From Lama guanicoe (taxonomy: Eukaryota), in NCBI GenBank assembly GCA_013239625.1, contig MU057073.1, positions 1,535,426 through 1,599,425 on the forward strand: a stretch of 64,000 nt of DNA. Direction: 5' to 3'. Under the pieces are notes generated by a model. That model made no database searches. It saw nothing but the letters and a program-made list of their open reading frames with translations, and had not been told where the DNA came from. Position 1 is the stretch's first letter; every line of letters begins with the position of its first letter. A program made the position numbers and the translations under genes. Below are positions 1 through 11,140 of the stretch, one piece after another.

Positions 1-621
1 AAAAACTGCTTGCCACTTGTTGCTGCTGCAGACAGTAATCTCTGCGTATCTTTGGTCAGTGACATGTATATAGGCACGCAGTTTCCAAACCAGAAAAACT
101 ATTCAACGTGAAGACCTACAAAACACGATGATAAAATTTGCCACCACTTGAAGAAAAGCATTAATAATTTCAACGAAGCCAAAACACACACGTGAGCTGT
201 GCACACAAGGAGCTCTTTAAAAATAAAAACTAACCATACTAGACGAGAAACAGGTACGTATAAACTTGCTAGCTGACTCTGCTATACTTCACAGAAGTTC
301 TGTCAACAGACCCGGGAGTGGCGGCGGCACCGTCAGTTCCATCCGACCAAGGAAACTTGGGGGCTCCGGGGCCAGGAGGTCTGCGCACCCCTCGAGCCGG
401 GGCCTCCCCACTCTCCATCCGCCGGGCCCCCCAGGCCGCGTACGCTGCTCCGTGCCAGGCCCCGGCCGGCTCGGGGACGCTGCTCCCGGGGAGCTCAGCC
501 AACGCCGCCAGCGGGCGACACAGGGGAGCGGGGCCCACAGGTGTCCCTGAGGGACGCGCCCGGGTCTGCCGCCCCTTGCGGCCACCCCTCCCAGCCCAAC
601 CTCTCCGGGAACCCCGCTTAC

Positions 622-744
622 CCGGCTGGGCGCCACATCCCTGCGCTCGGTGCCGCGCTCGGGGGCGAGCTGACAGCCGCGGCCTGTGAAGGTGCGGCAG
701 AGAACAGGGAGAAGGGTCTTCCTCCCGGGCCGTAAAGCCGCCAT
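622..744 (-). CDS. COA8: COA8/APOPT1 (cytochrome c oxidase assembly factor 8), first coding exon; the rest of the gene lies left of the window
   Basis: ATG at 744 in context CACCATGG. The 41 codons [41 protein letters not shown] match the recalled APOPT1 mitochondrial presequence ([15 protein letters not shown]). Donor CGG|GTAAGC at 622/621. Head-to-head with BAG5 as in human. Confidence 0.93.
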
Positions 745-1039
745 GGTGTCCCCCGCCCGCTCCCGCGGCGCACGGCAGAGTCGCGACGGCGCGAGGGGCT
801 GCCTTACGGCAAGGTCGCGAAGCCAGTGGGAGGGGACGACACGGCCGACCGTGCGCTTTCCCCGCGTGTGACAGGCTGCGGAGGCGGCCGGACGGCGTGG
901 GGGCGTCTGGCGGCGGCTCCCGGGCTCCTGCCATTCTAGGCAGCTTGCGCGAGGCAGCTCGCCGCAGGCTCGGCGAGGGTTGAGGTACGGCGCGGCTTCC
1001 GAAGGACGTTTTCCCAGGGCAGGGGCTGTTTGGCCCGGA

Positions 1040-1122
1040 GGCGGGGCTGCTGGGCCCAGGCGACGGCGGGAGCGGAGTGGCGAACGTCGGCGGCGGAGCG
1101 CGCGATGGCGCGGGCGGCACAG
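1040..1122 (+). other. BAG5: BAG5 first exon (5' UTR); 5' end approximate
   Basis: Consensus donor CAG|GTGAGC at 1122/1123 inside the CpG island; splices to the acceptor at 2842/2843. Confidence 0.7.
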
Positions 1123-2870
1123 GTGAGCGAGGCGCGGCGGCGGCGGCGCAGGCCTTCTCCCTCCGCGGGGGTGCGCGGTCTCCCCTGGATGCGGCTCGCG
1201 GGCGGACGACCCCTGTGCCGGCGCTCTCACCCGGCTGCGGCCCGGCCCGAGTGGGTGCAGCCCAGCCCTGGGTCCCACGCGGGCCAGGCCTGGTTTCGTC
1301 GCCGGGCTCCCCGCAGCCGGCCCGGCCCCGGCCCCTGCGCCGTCCCCTGCTCCGTTCCCTCCCTCCTCGCCGGCGCCCCCAGCCCGGCCGAGCGCGGCCG
1401 CCCCCTCCCCCCGCGGGCCATTGTGAGGTCAGGGCCCGCGGGCGCGTCGTGGGGTCCGGGCGAGACGCTCGGAGCGGCCGCTGCGGCCAGTAGCTGCCGC
1501 CGCCACCGTCGGCCCCTTCACCGGCTGCCCCGTTCAGACCTAGCCGGGAGGGGTGAGAGGGATGCAGCTTGGGGCCCACCTGCCGCGCCGCACCCCGTAA
1601 AGGGCTGATCTTCCACCTCGCCACTTCACCCACGGGAAGCCAAGACCAAACCAGCTTAGATCTCTTCTGGGTAAAGTGCTGGGAGGCAAGGGCGAGAAGG
1701 GGAGGAAAGAATCGAGGCAGCCTGCCCTTCCTGGGCCTCCAGCGGCATGTTCTGGGCTCGGACACCCACAAGGGATTGGTTTCAATGGATTATCCATCCC
1801 CCTCCCGTGAGCTGTTTGTGGAAACCCAAGCCCTTGGGGAAAAAAATCCTTTTATTCTGTTTAACAGACAGCTCCAGGGGGAGGGTGGAGGAGGGGAAAT
1901 GAGGCCTCAGCCCCACTACCCTTCCCAACCCACCCATCTCTACCTTACGTATTTGTAATCTATATACACACCCCAGTCGGTCGGGAGAAGGGGGGACACC
2001 CTCAGCGGGGTAAGTCATTCTGGACTTTTAATGGGAGGCTAGTGAATGAATTATTCATAATTGTCACATTCTTGCGGGATGTATTCTGGAGGGGAGGGGA
2101 TCATGGTAGGGCCCAGGAAGGTATTAGGCCTCCAAAGCCCAAGATGGTGCCTTTAGCACAATCCCATTCGCCTTTCCTGTGGAAGTGTTTATGTGTGCAG
2201 AGAAGACTTGTTAGGTACTAAAAGAGTGGAGCAAAAAACAGGGCAGCTTTATAGAAGTGCTTGAAGGGTGGACAAGCGTGTAGGAGCTGGGGCTTCGGGG
2301 GCTGTTCGTGAACCACTGGTGTGTTGGTGGCTTTGTTCCTTTTGCTTAGTTAATTTTTCTGGAAACTAGGCATAGCTCTTTGGCCTGGTGGGGGAGCTTA
2401 GATGTACTGATAACGTCTGGAGGGTTAGAAGAGCTACTGTTGACATTGCACAGAGGTGCCCTGCTCCTGCCAATGTCAAGACCTAAGATACTTGTGCTTT
2501 TTCCAAGCTGATAGTTCAATGTAATGCCATGCTTTGAAGGCATATGCTGCTTTCTGTTACAACTGAAGAAACTTGAGATTCACAGGCCCAGAGCCCCACC
2601 TCATATTCCACTCCACAGTAACCCCAGTCTTAATCACGGCGGTGTTTAGGTTATTTTCAGAAGGAGTTGATTAGTCACTCTAATTTTCTACTTGAGTATG
2701 ACTGTCCTTCGGAATGCAATAATGACAAGCCCTTTTTCTTAAGCATATCTCTTTAAAATGAGAATTTTAGAAAGAATTAATATATGATTACCATTCTGCA
2801 GGCTTTGTGGTGTAATAAGTTACGATTTTTGTCATCTTCTAGTGCTTGTGAAACTGAACACAACAAAAGC

Positions 2871-4214
2871 ATGGAGATGGGAAACCAACACCCTTCTATT
2901 AGTAGGCTTCAGGAAATCCAAAAGGAAGTAAAAAGTATAGAACAGCAAGTAATTGGTTTCAGTGGTCTGTCAGACGACAAGAATTACAAGAAACTGGAGA
3001 GGATTCTAACAAAACAACTTTTTGAAATAGACTCTGTAGACACTGAAGGAAAAGGAGACATTCAGCAAGCTAGGAAGAGGGCAGCACGAGAGACGGAGCG
3101 ACTGCTTAAAGAGCTGGAGCAGAACGCGAACCACCCGCACCGGCTCGAGATACAGAGCATATTTAAAGAAGCCCAGTCCCTGGTGAAGGAGAAGATCGTG
3201 CCATTTTATAGTGGAGGCAACTGCGTAACTGATGAATTTGAAGAAGGCATCCAGGATATCATTTTGAGGTTGACACATGTTAAAACTGGAGGCAAGATCT
3301 CCCTGCGGAAAGCTCGGTATCACACTTTAACCAAAATCTGTGCGGTGCAAGAGATTATCGAGGACTGCATGAAGAAGCAGCCTTCCCTGCCACTGTCCGA
3401 GGACGCACACCCTTCCGTTGCCAAGATTAACTCTGTGATGTGTGAGGTGAACAAGGCCAGAGGCACTCTGATCGCTCTCCTCATGGGAGTGAACAGTAAC
3501 GAAACCTGCAGGCACTTGTCCTGTGTGCTCTCGGGGCTGATCGCGGCCCTGGATGCCCTGGATGTGTGCGGGCGCACTGAGATCAGAAACTACCGGAAGG
3601 AGGTCGTGGAAGATATCAACAAGTTACTGAAATATTTGGATTTAGAAGAGGAAGCAGATACCACTTACGCGTTTGACCTGGGACAGAATCATTCCATTTT
3701 AAAAATAGAGAAAGTCCTCAAGAGAATGCGAGAGATAAAAAACGAGCTGCTTCAAGCCCAGAATCCTCCTGAGTTGTACCTAAGTTCCAAAACAGAATTG
3801 CAGGGCTTAATTGGACAGCTGGATGAGGTTAGTCTCGAAAAGAACCCCTGCATCCGGGAGGCCAGGAGGAGAGCAGTGATCGAAGTGCAGACCCTCATCA
3901 CGTACATCGACTTGAAGGAAGCCCTGGAGAAGAGAAAGGCGTTTGTGTGTGAGGAGCACCCCTCACACAAGGCCGTCTGGGACGTCCTTGGAAACCTGTC
4001 GGAGATCCAGGGAGAAGTCCTCTCATTTGACGGCAACCGGACTGATAAGAACTACATGCGGCTGGAAGAGCTGCTCACCAAGCAGCTGCTGGCCCTGGAC
4101 GCGGTCGACCCGCAGGGAGAAGAGAAGTGTAAGGCTTCCCGGAAGCAGGCGGTGAAGCTCGCCCAGAACATCCTCAGCTATCTCGACCTGAAATCTGATG
4201 AATGGGAGTACTGA
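2871..4214 (+). CDS. BAG5: BAG family molecular chaperone regulator 5 (447 aa, single coding exon, tandem BAG domains)
   Basis: [20 protein letters not shown]...DLKSDEWEY; 1344 nt = 447 aa + TGA. Acceptor TTTTTGTCATCTTCTAG| at 2842 lies 28 nt upstream of the ATG. Repeated BAG motifs such as [24 protein letters not shown]. Confidence 0.98.
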   Translation: MEMGNQHPSISRLQEIQKEVKSIEQQVIGFSGLSDDKNYKKLERILTKQLFEIDSVDTEGKGDIQQARKRAARETERLLKELEQNANHPHRLEIQSIFKEAQSLVKEKIVPFYSGGNCVTDEFEEGIQDIILRLTHVKTGGKISLRKARYHTLTKICAVQEIIEDCMKKQPSLPLSEDAHPSVAKINSVMCEVNKARGTLIALLMGVNSNETCRHLSCVLSGLIAALDALDVCGRTEIRNYRKEVVEDINKLLKYLDLEEEADTTYAFDLGQNHSILKIEKVLKRMREIKNELLQAQNPPELYLSSKTELQGLIGQLDEVSLEKNPCIREARRRAVIEVQTLITYIDLKEALEKRKAFVCEEHPSHKAVWDVLGNLSEIQGEVLSFDGNRTDKNYMRLEELLTKQLLALDAVDPQGEEKCKASRKQAVKLAQNILSYLDLKSDEWEY

Positions 4215-6163
4215 AGCACCCAGCCCGGGCTGAGCCTTCTTGTTTTGCACTTTATACATACGTCTTTGTATTTATAGAGAGCTTGCAGTTTCTTGAGCCT
4301 AAATGTGATTTTTACATGCATATTTCAATCTCCATATTTATGATTTTAGCAAATTATATTCAGTATCTCTGCTGCTTTTGATGTTGCAAAACAAATATTA
4401 CAGCTTATTAACTTTTCCATTTGGATCGTTATCTGTATGTTGTGTGATTTTTTGGGTTTTTTTTTAAATCAGAAAATGGAATAGGGGCAGCTTTTTAATT
4501 TTTTTTAATAGGTTGTCCAAGCATTCAAATGCAGGTATTTCAGAATCTAGAAATAGTCGTAACCTTACATAGTAATTTCTAGGACAATTATGAGAAAGGG
4601 GGAAGTTTTTGGTTAAACAGAAGTAAGGTCCAATACTAAAGCAGTACAATTACATATTTCATTATACTAAGTAAAGCAGAAGGATTTTTTTCATTTCTAA
4701 AACCCGATTAGTCCCACCCAGTTTAACAGGGTGGGAGTTTTTTGTTTTTCCAGACAGTCTGTTCTTTCATAAACATTTTTTGTTTGAAGAACGGTGTCTG
4801 TGTTTCCCCCCATACTCTGCATTTAGAGGGGGATTCTTATTTTTGTGTGTGACATAGGAAAATTATGAAAATTAATAGCAAAAAAGTATTTGAGACTACT
4901 TTGAAGAAAGAACACCAGCTAACATTTTCAAGTTGCTTTTGTTTGTAAAATCTGAACTTCCAGTTTCCCTTAGAAATTAGTAATGGACCTTAAAAAAAAA
5001 AAAAGGAAACACCTGTATCCAGAGTAGGATAATGAAAACGAGATTAGTTACCTATTATCAGGTTGTGTCAGAGTAAGCAAAAATGAATCTAGCATGTCCT
5101 GGGCTTCTCCTGTTGTTCAAGGCTGCATGATGAACACACCTGTTAAGCATTCCCCGTGCTGCTGTGTGGTGTGTGAGAGCAGAAACTGTCTGCAGCCCTG
5201 CGGGACCAGATCCTTGTCGCTTATTCAGAGGAAGTTAGCCGTCAACGCCTGGCACCCGGAAACATCGCTCTCTGGGCCCCTGCTGCGCCTCTGAGTTCCT
5301 GTCACTGGCATGTGGATGTTTGTCTAGTGCCTAAGAGGACCAGTAAATATCAGTGCATGAAATGTTTTTTTCTTCTGCTAAAGGTTATACGTATTTCTGT
5401 ACCTACGAATTCATGATCCAGTTTTACGGTTGCCTGTTAACGTGAACAAGAGACTTCCCCAGAGTTCTGAAGCGCCTAGGCAAGACGCTGCCCCAGCATC
5501 GCAGCTAACAGACCGCTCCCTGTAGTCACTCAGAGTAACCCTATTAGAGTGCACCCTTTGAGCTCTGTAGTAATTTGTGATTTTCTTTCAGAGATATTTG
5601 ATAACTTTGTAAACAGCTAAAAATAAGATAAAGGAGTAGCCCTGAATACCTGAAAGATTATAAAAAGTGCAGCCCTAGGAGATTTTCACGCTATGTCAGT
5701 ACTGCCCGCTAATTAAAAGCCCTTGATATGGCCTGCCTACTAGGAATGTTCTAGATTCATTGGATAGTGGGGTCAAAGGGCAGTCAGAGGTCTTGGGGCA
5801 AGAGCGCCTCCCGTCTGCACATCCAGCAGGCTCTCGAGTGCAGCTTAATTGGTAGCTCATTTTGACCAAAGCTGTTTTAGGATTGCTACTCGGTGTAATT
5901 TTAGGGTGCTCTTAAAATCCTGAAGAGCACTGTTTGAGTTAGCCCACTGGGATAATCGAGGCCGTCCTGACTCACTTCAGCCATAACCCACATACTGCGC
6001 CAGCGCCTACTACTTCGTGTTAATTTTGGATTTGAAAGTTCAGTGTCCGCCTTTCCTTTCAGAGCAGCCACTGTCACATGAGAGCAGGTCCTCCCCCATC
6101 ATTCATTTGCAGCGATGTTTCCTGCAACTTCCATAGAGCCAGCTCAGACTGCTCTCCTCAGCC

Positions 6164-6219
6164 TGTGTGTGTGTGTGTGTGTGCGCGCGCGCGCGCGCGT
6201 GCGTGCGTGTTGTGTGTGT
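6164..6219. repeat. Compound (TG)n(CG)n microsatellite in the BAG5 3' UTR
   Basis: About (TG)10 followed by (CG)8 and TGCGTGCGTGT; alternating purine-pyrimidine from 6164 to 6210. Confidence 0.95.
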
Positions 6220-6952
6220 CGGCCTGCTCTACTTCCTTGGACCTGATTATTCTGTCCCCGTAGGGAGCCCTGGTGACACCGGATGTAGCTGCCCTCATCC
6301 CCCGCTGGGAGCCTCTGCTCAGGGGCGCTGCTGCGTGTATTTTTTCGCTTCACTGTGCTTTTATACTTCTCCGCGGAGAGAATCTGCACTGGAATTAGAA
6401 CCTGCCCCGACATGTCTGGCCTTGGGTCTGCATTGAACTGTGTGATCCATATGCGTGCAAAAAATGGCTGCGAACGTTTGCTCTCCTCACGTCGGTCAGC
6501 ACTGCGGTCAGATCGTTCTTTACGCAGGTAGATTAAAGTCAATCCTCCTACAGTGAAGCGGTCGTGAAAGTAAGTGCAGCGAGCATCTGCTAGGTACAGG
6601 TCACTGCTGTATTTTGCTAAAATGCCTCGATATATTTGACATAATTTTCAGTACGTTTGAAAAGTTTAACCAGTTTTTCTTACTTGTTTTACTTTGCTAG
6701 TTTTTAATCTGGTTTTTGAGGGTCTAAGCTTATCCTGTACACACAAATTTTTTTAAGCAAAGCTTTTTAGCCCTTAACTCACCCAGTGTTTTTCTCAAAA
6801 CATTGATTTGATGTGACGTAAGGCGTGTTAGTCCAGCGTGAGTTCTTGTCCTCTCCCCGTTAACTAACGGTATGACTGTTGTAATACTGTGTCTTAAGTA
6901 GTTCAGTGTGATTTTGAGATACACAAACTAGTATACCCTTAATTATTGATGA

Positions 6953-6958
6953 AATAAA
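6953..6958 (+). terminator. BAG5: Probable BAG5 polyadenylation signal
   Basis: AATAAA at the end of an AT-rich 3' UTR of about 2.7 kb, followed by GU-rich sequence and a switch to GC-rich intergenic DNA. Confidence 0.7.
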
Positions 6959-9900
6959 AAAAATCTCTTAGCTTGTCTCTGCAGTGGAGAAGAGCTGTGA
7001 GTCTGAGGTATGAGTTCTGTTATGTTTTCACCCTCGTGTGCTGTCTGCCGTGGGTGTTCCCAGAGCGGGCCAGGCGCTGGGCAGGTGGGCTCCTTGGGTC
7101 CTGCTGGCGGCAGAGACGCAAGGAGGCTGTAGCGCTGAACACAGACCAGGATCCAGTCTAGGGTGAGGGGGTAACTTCCCATAGAAACCACCCAGGAAGT
7201 GTGGGACTGGATGGCGGGGCCTCCCACTCTGCTGGTAGGGGGCAGGGTGCTGACCTTACGGGGAGGAGAAGGGGAAACTCTGGCAACACCCTCTCCCCGA
7301 GGAAAGGTCTGAGTTAAGGTGTGCTGCTGAAACTCCTCTTCTCATTAACAGAGGTGTATTGCTCACCAGTCAGTCCTTCCAGTGCTTCCGAAATGCTCCG
7401 ACTGCAGGCTCCCTCCCCAGCCAATCCTGCCTCCTGGGGAGGTCACCCTCACTCCGGGGCTGCCTGCCGACACTTACCCCAGCCTCTTCCTGCGGGCGCC
7501 TTTCTGCTGTCCCCCCCTCTGCCTGTGCGTACCTCCCGGGTGATCCGGATGGAGACCCCGCGACCCCTCAGCAGACACGTGTGATGTGTGATAGGCCAGG
7601 AGCGAAAAGAAACAGGTCGTACAGCTTAAAAGACTGACTTGGGGGAAGTTGGACATTTTTAATAAACCCTCTGCCATGCGCCAAGATGCGACCTACTGCA
7701 TTAGGCCTCGGCTGCTCACACCCGCCCGACAGGAACTCCTCAAGCCTCAGCACTGCCTCGGCCGGACGCACTGCCTCGGCGGGACAGGGACTGATGCTGA
7801 GGCGGCAGAGGGGAGGGCGAGGCGAATCATGCTCAGAATGGCCATCTGAGGGGCAGGGCGGGCGCTCAGGCCTGGGAGGCTGAGGGAGGAGGCTCAGGGG
7901 CCCCCAAGGCTGATGGGAACCAGACGGGAGAAACCCTGGAGCTGGCTGGGCAGCTCAGCTCTGGCTCCTGGGGCGCTAAAGCACAACCTGGAGGGCCAGC
8001 TAGGCCCAAACCGGAGGCAGGGGGCAGACCTGAGGGTGCCTGGCTGACAGGGGGTCTGATGGGGCGTCTCACTTACACTTATTTTTCAAGCTATCATCAT
8101 TGATTGAACCTTTTCTGTGTGCCAGGCCTCAGGCAAAACATCTTAGGTGCATCCATTTCGAGCAGGTTTTGGTGTTACATCTGTTTCACAGATTCGGACA
8201 CTGCAGCGATCACGTGCCCAAGGAACTGCCCGAGGCCACGCGGTAACGAGGAGGGCAGGACAGTCCCGCCTGGGGCAGTGCCAGCTCAGCGCAAGCTCAC
8301 CTGTGGCAGGTTTACCTGGAGGGTCCCCCCCCCGCAGGAGCTCTGATTTCTTCGCTGTGGGTGCAGTCAGGATTTATAAAAGCTCCCGTGTTGGCGACGC
8401 TGGCCAAGAGCATGGAGAGCTCAGGTGGCCTCTGACACTGGTCCAGAGCACTGGGGTGAAGGGCTCAGCAAGGTTGCTATTTCCCTTCTTAGGATTCATC
8501 GACCTTCCGAGCAGCCAGGAGCCCGTGACACCCAGCTTACAAGACGCTGACTGCCCCCTGCTGCTTCCACCTCGCCCTGCCCTCACTCCATGAGGACTGC
8601 AAACAGCTGATTTCATTTGTATGATCATCCTTTCAACTCTTGAACCATTTCTCTGTAGCCTCCTGTCCCCCAGACCAACACTGCCAGTCCTCCCACTCAC
8701 TGTCCCAGCTCGTCCTCCAGGGAACTCTGGGCGAGCGTGTCTTGGTGCCCTCACCCCTGTCCCTCTGAGACTGCGGACATGGCCTGCGTACCTGCTCCTC
8801 TGCCCCTGGCCGCTGGGGGCCTGCTGGTCACCCCCCGCCAGGCTGCGGGCTGCAGGCTGACGTGCCTCCCGTGGTGGGCATCTCATCCCTGCGGCCACAC
8901 CCCGGCAGTGGCAGGCCCTCGGAGTGCCCTCGGACGAGCTCTTTGGGAGTGGTGTCCTTGGGTCCTGGCACACAATCCTATTCCAAAAACAACTTGCTGA
9001 ATAAATAAATGGAAAACCTTAGCTCTTTAGATAGCATCACAGAATTTAAAATCAGCTGCCTTTGTGCTCACTGGGATTCAAAAAACCTTGGTCTACTGTC
9101 CCTGCAGCCAGGATCCTGGTGTCACCACCAGGACCTCCCCCTGTGCCCAGCTTGTCTGTTTGGTGGGGTCAGCAGTGCTGGGTCCCAGGTCCGTGTGGTG
9201 GGAAGGCTGGCCGGGCTGGCGGGTTGCCACCCTCACCTCTGACCAACTGCCCTTGGCTAAGCACCCAGCTGGGTGAGAAGCCAAAGGGACAGAGCAGCCT
9301 CCATGCAAGGGGTGCCCCAGGGGTGCACACCTCGGTCACCTCACCTTCCTGGCCAGGCCCAGGGCTGGCAGATGACAGTCATGAACCACACCATCCAGGC
9401 GGGAGTGCTGTGCCAGGGGACAGGGCATGCACAGACCCAGATGTGCGCCCCTGGGAGGGGGCACCTGTGCTGGGGAGTCCAAACGCTCTGGGGGCATGCC
9501 CTTTACACTGAGACCCCCAGGTGGGAGGGTCTCCCAGTGTGAGGGAGAACCTTGGCAGGAAGCAGGGGATGGAGCAGGGGTGCCAGGGGCTGGATGGTGG
9601 GGCCCTGGTGAGCCATGAGAGGATTTGGGTCTTTGAGGATGGGGCACTTTGTTGAATGCTCACCCAGCAGAGATGAGGTGGCAGAGATGGGGGCTGAACT
9701 GGGAGCAATGGGGTCAGGGAAGGGGGCCAGGAGGGAGGCTGGGGCAAGAGAAGTAGGCAGAGTGAGTGACCCTGGGAGATGATTTTTGGGGGTGCTGAGG
9801 GTGGCACCAGGGGATGGGGGTTCCCAGCAGGAAGGGCTAGTCATGGGGTCAGGGTCACAGAAGCAGTGCAAGGATGTAACAGCACAGAAGCCAGGTGTAC

Positions 9901-10649
9901 CCCATGGGCCTGGGGCAGCCAGGTGCCCGGCTTCTAGTTCTTGAACCTAAGGTCGTGTCTCAGCACCTTTTCTCCCCTCAGGTGGGTTAGGGAAGCCCAG
10001 GGCACTCTCAGGGGCACTCAGCTCCTGGGTCCATATGCCTTCCTTTCCCTAGGAGGCCCAGGTTCCATCTTCCCAGAAAAAGACGTCTTCTGGCCTTCAC
10101 TCTAGACCCAGTCACTCAAAAGAAAGGCACATGTCCTAGGATCAATGCGGCTGCTGGCATGGCCTGGTGGTAGGAACTATGCAAGGGTCTGGGGAAGAGT
10201 GTGAGGGCTGACCAACAGCTAGTCCAAAGGCCCTGTGGTACAGCAGCTCCTGTGGTTGGAGCCAGGTGAGAGCTCAGGTAAGAGTCTGCAAGGCTGGATC
10301 CCCTGGGGCCTTGCTGGCTGTGGGGGAACCATGGTCACATAGCAGGGCAGGATTGCATCCTGGACCAGAGGCTCCCCAGAACAGCCAGGTACAGATGGCC
10401 CTCTTGGACTGGGCACTTCATGGGGAGGGCCTCCCAGGCCCAGCCCACAGCAGTGCCACCAAGCTTGGCCCGGTGACATTTGCCATGGATGACTGTCCAG
10501 GTGCTGGGCCTGTGCCTGGGCCAGTCTGGGAGTGCGCCCTCAGGGGTCGCCAGATGCGACCCCTAGAGGCTTGTATGAGCCCCCCTGCGTGCGGGACCTG
10601 CCACTCCGGGTGGGCAGGGATGACCCAGACAGACCCGCCCCACTGCCCA

Positions 10650-11140
10650 GCCCTCCGCACAGCTGGGCCGGCACCGTCGCGCACCTGCTCACCGGCTCGC
10701 AGGCGGGGCCCTTGACCTTAGAGGTCGGTCTCCTGAGCCCGCGCACCTCCTCTCCGAGCCTCGCCCGCACGGTTTGTTTTCAATGCGGCCGCCAGGGGGC
10801 GCTCGCGGCCGGGTCTCGCGGAGCCCAGGACCCTCCCGCGAGGAGGGAGCAGCCGGAAGCGGGCAGGGGCAGACGGCCGCGCAGCTGTCGCGCCTGGGCC
10901 ACCACCACCACCAGGCCCACCTGCCCTCGTGATCCTGGACAGGTGGCCGCGGCGCCGCTTGGCTGCGGCTTCTACCCGCGAGCTGTGCGGGTTGCGTGAC
11001 CCGTCTCCGCGACCACACACCCAGATCGAGGGTCTGCCTGGAGGCCTGTGGATCTCATAGCTTCTGAGTCGCCCCTCAGAGTTGGGGAACCAGGAGGACC
11101 GTCTGAGGCCCGGATCGGCGCGCGCGCAGCAGCTCACGTG
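10650..11140. promoter_or_regulatory. Orphan CpG island containing a CTCF motif
   Basis: CpG-dense segment with no associated coding exon. CGGCCGCCAGGGGGCGCTC at 10786-10804; ETS-like CCGGAAG near 10853. Confidence 0.7.

Larger units (their letters stand above)
310..1600. promoter_or_regulatory. CpG island / bidirectional promoter shared by COA8 (-) and BAG5 (+)
   Basis: Very GC- and CpG-rich. Divergent first exons lie about 300 bp apart. TCGCGA cores at 781-786 and 815-820. Boundaries approximate. Confidence 0.9.

Noticed and set aside
269-1771. 500-aa and 329-aa minus-strand ORFs over the COA8/BAG5 promoter
   Set aside because: Stop-poor CpG-island sequence; only 622-744 is coding and it is bounded by a donor site.
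2784-2870. 29-aa N-terminal extension of BAG5 in the ORF track (476 aa)
   Set aside because: The ATG at 2784 lies in the intron upstream of the acceptor at 2842; the real CDS starts at 2871.
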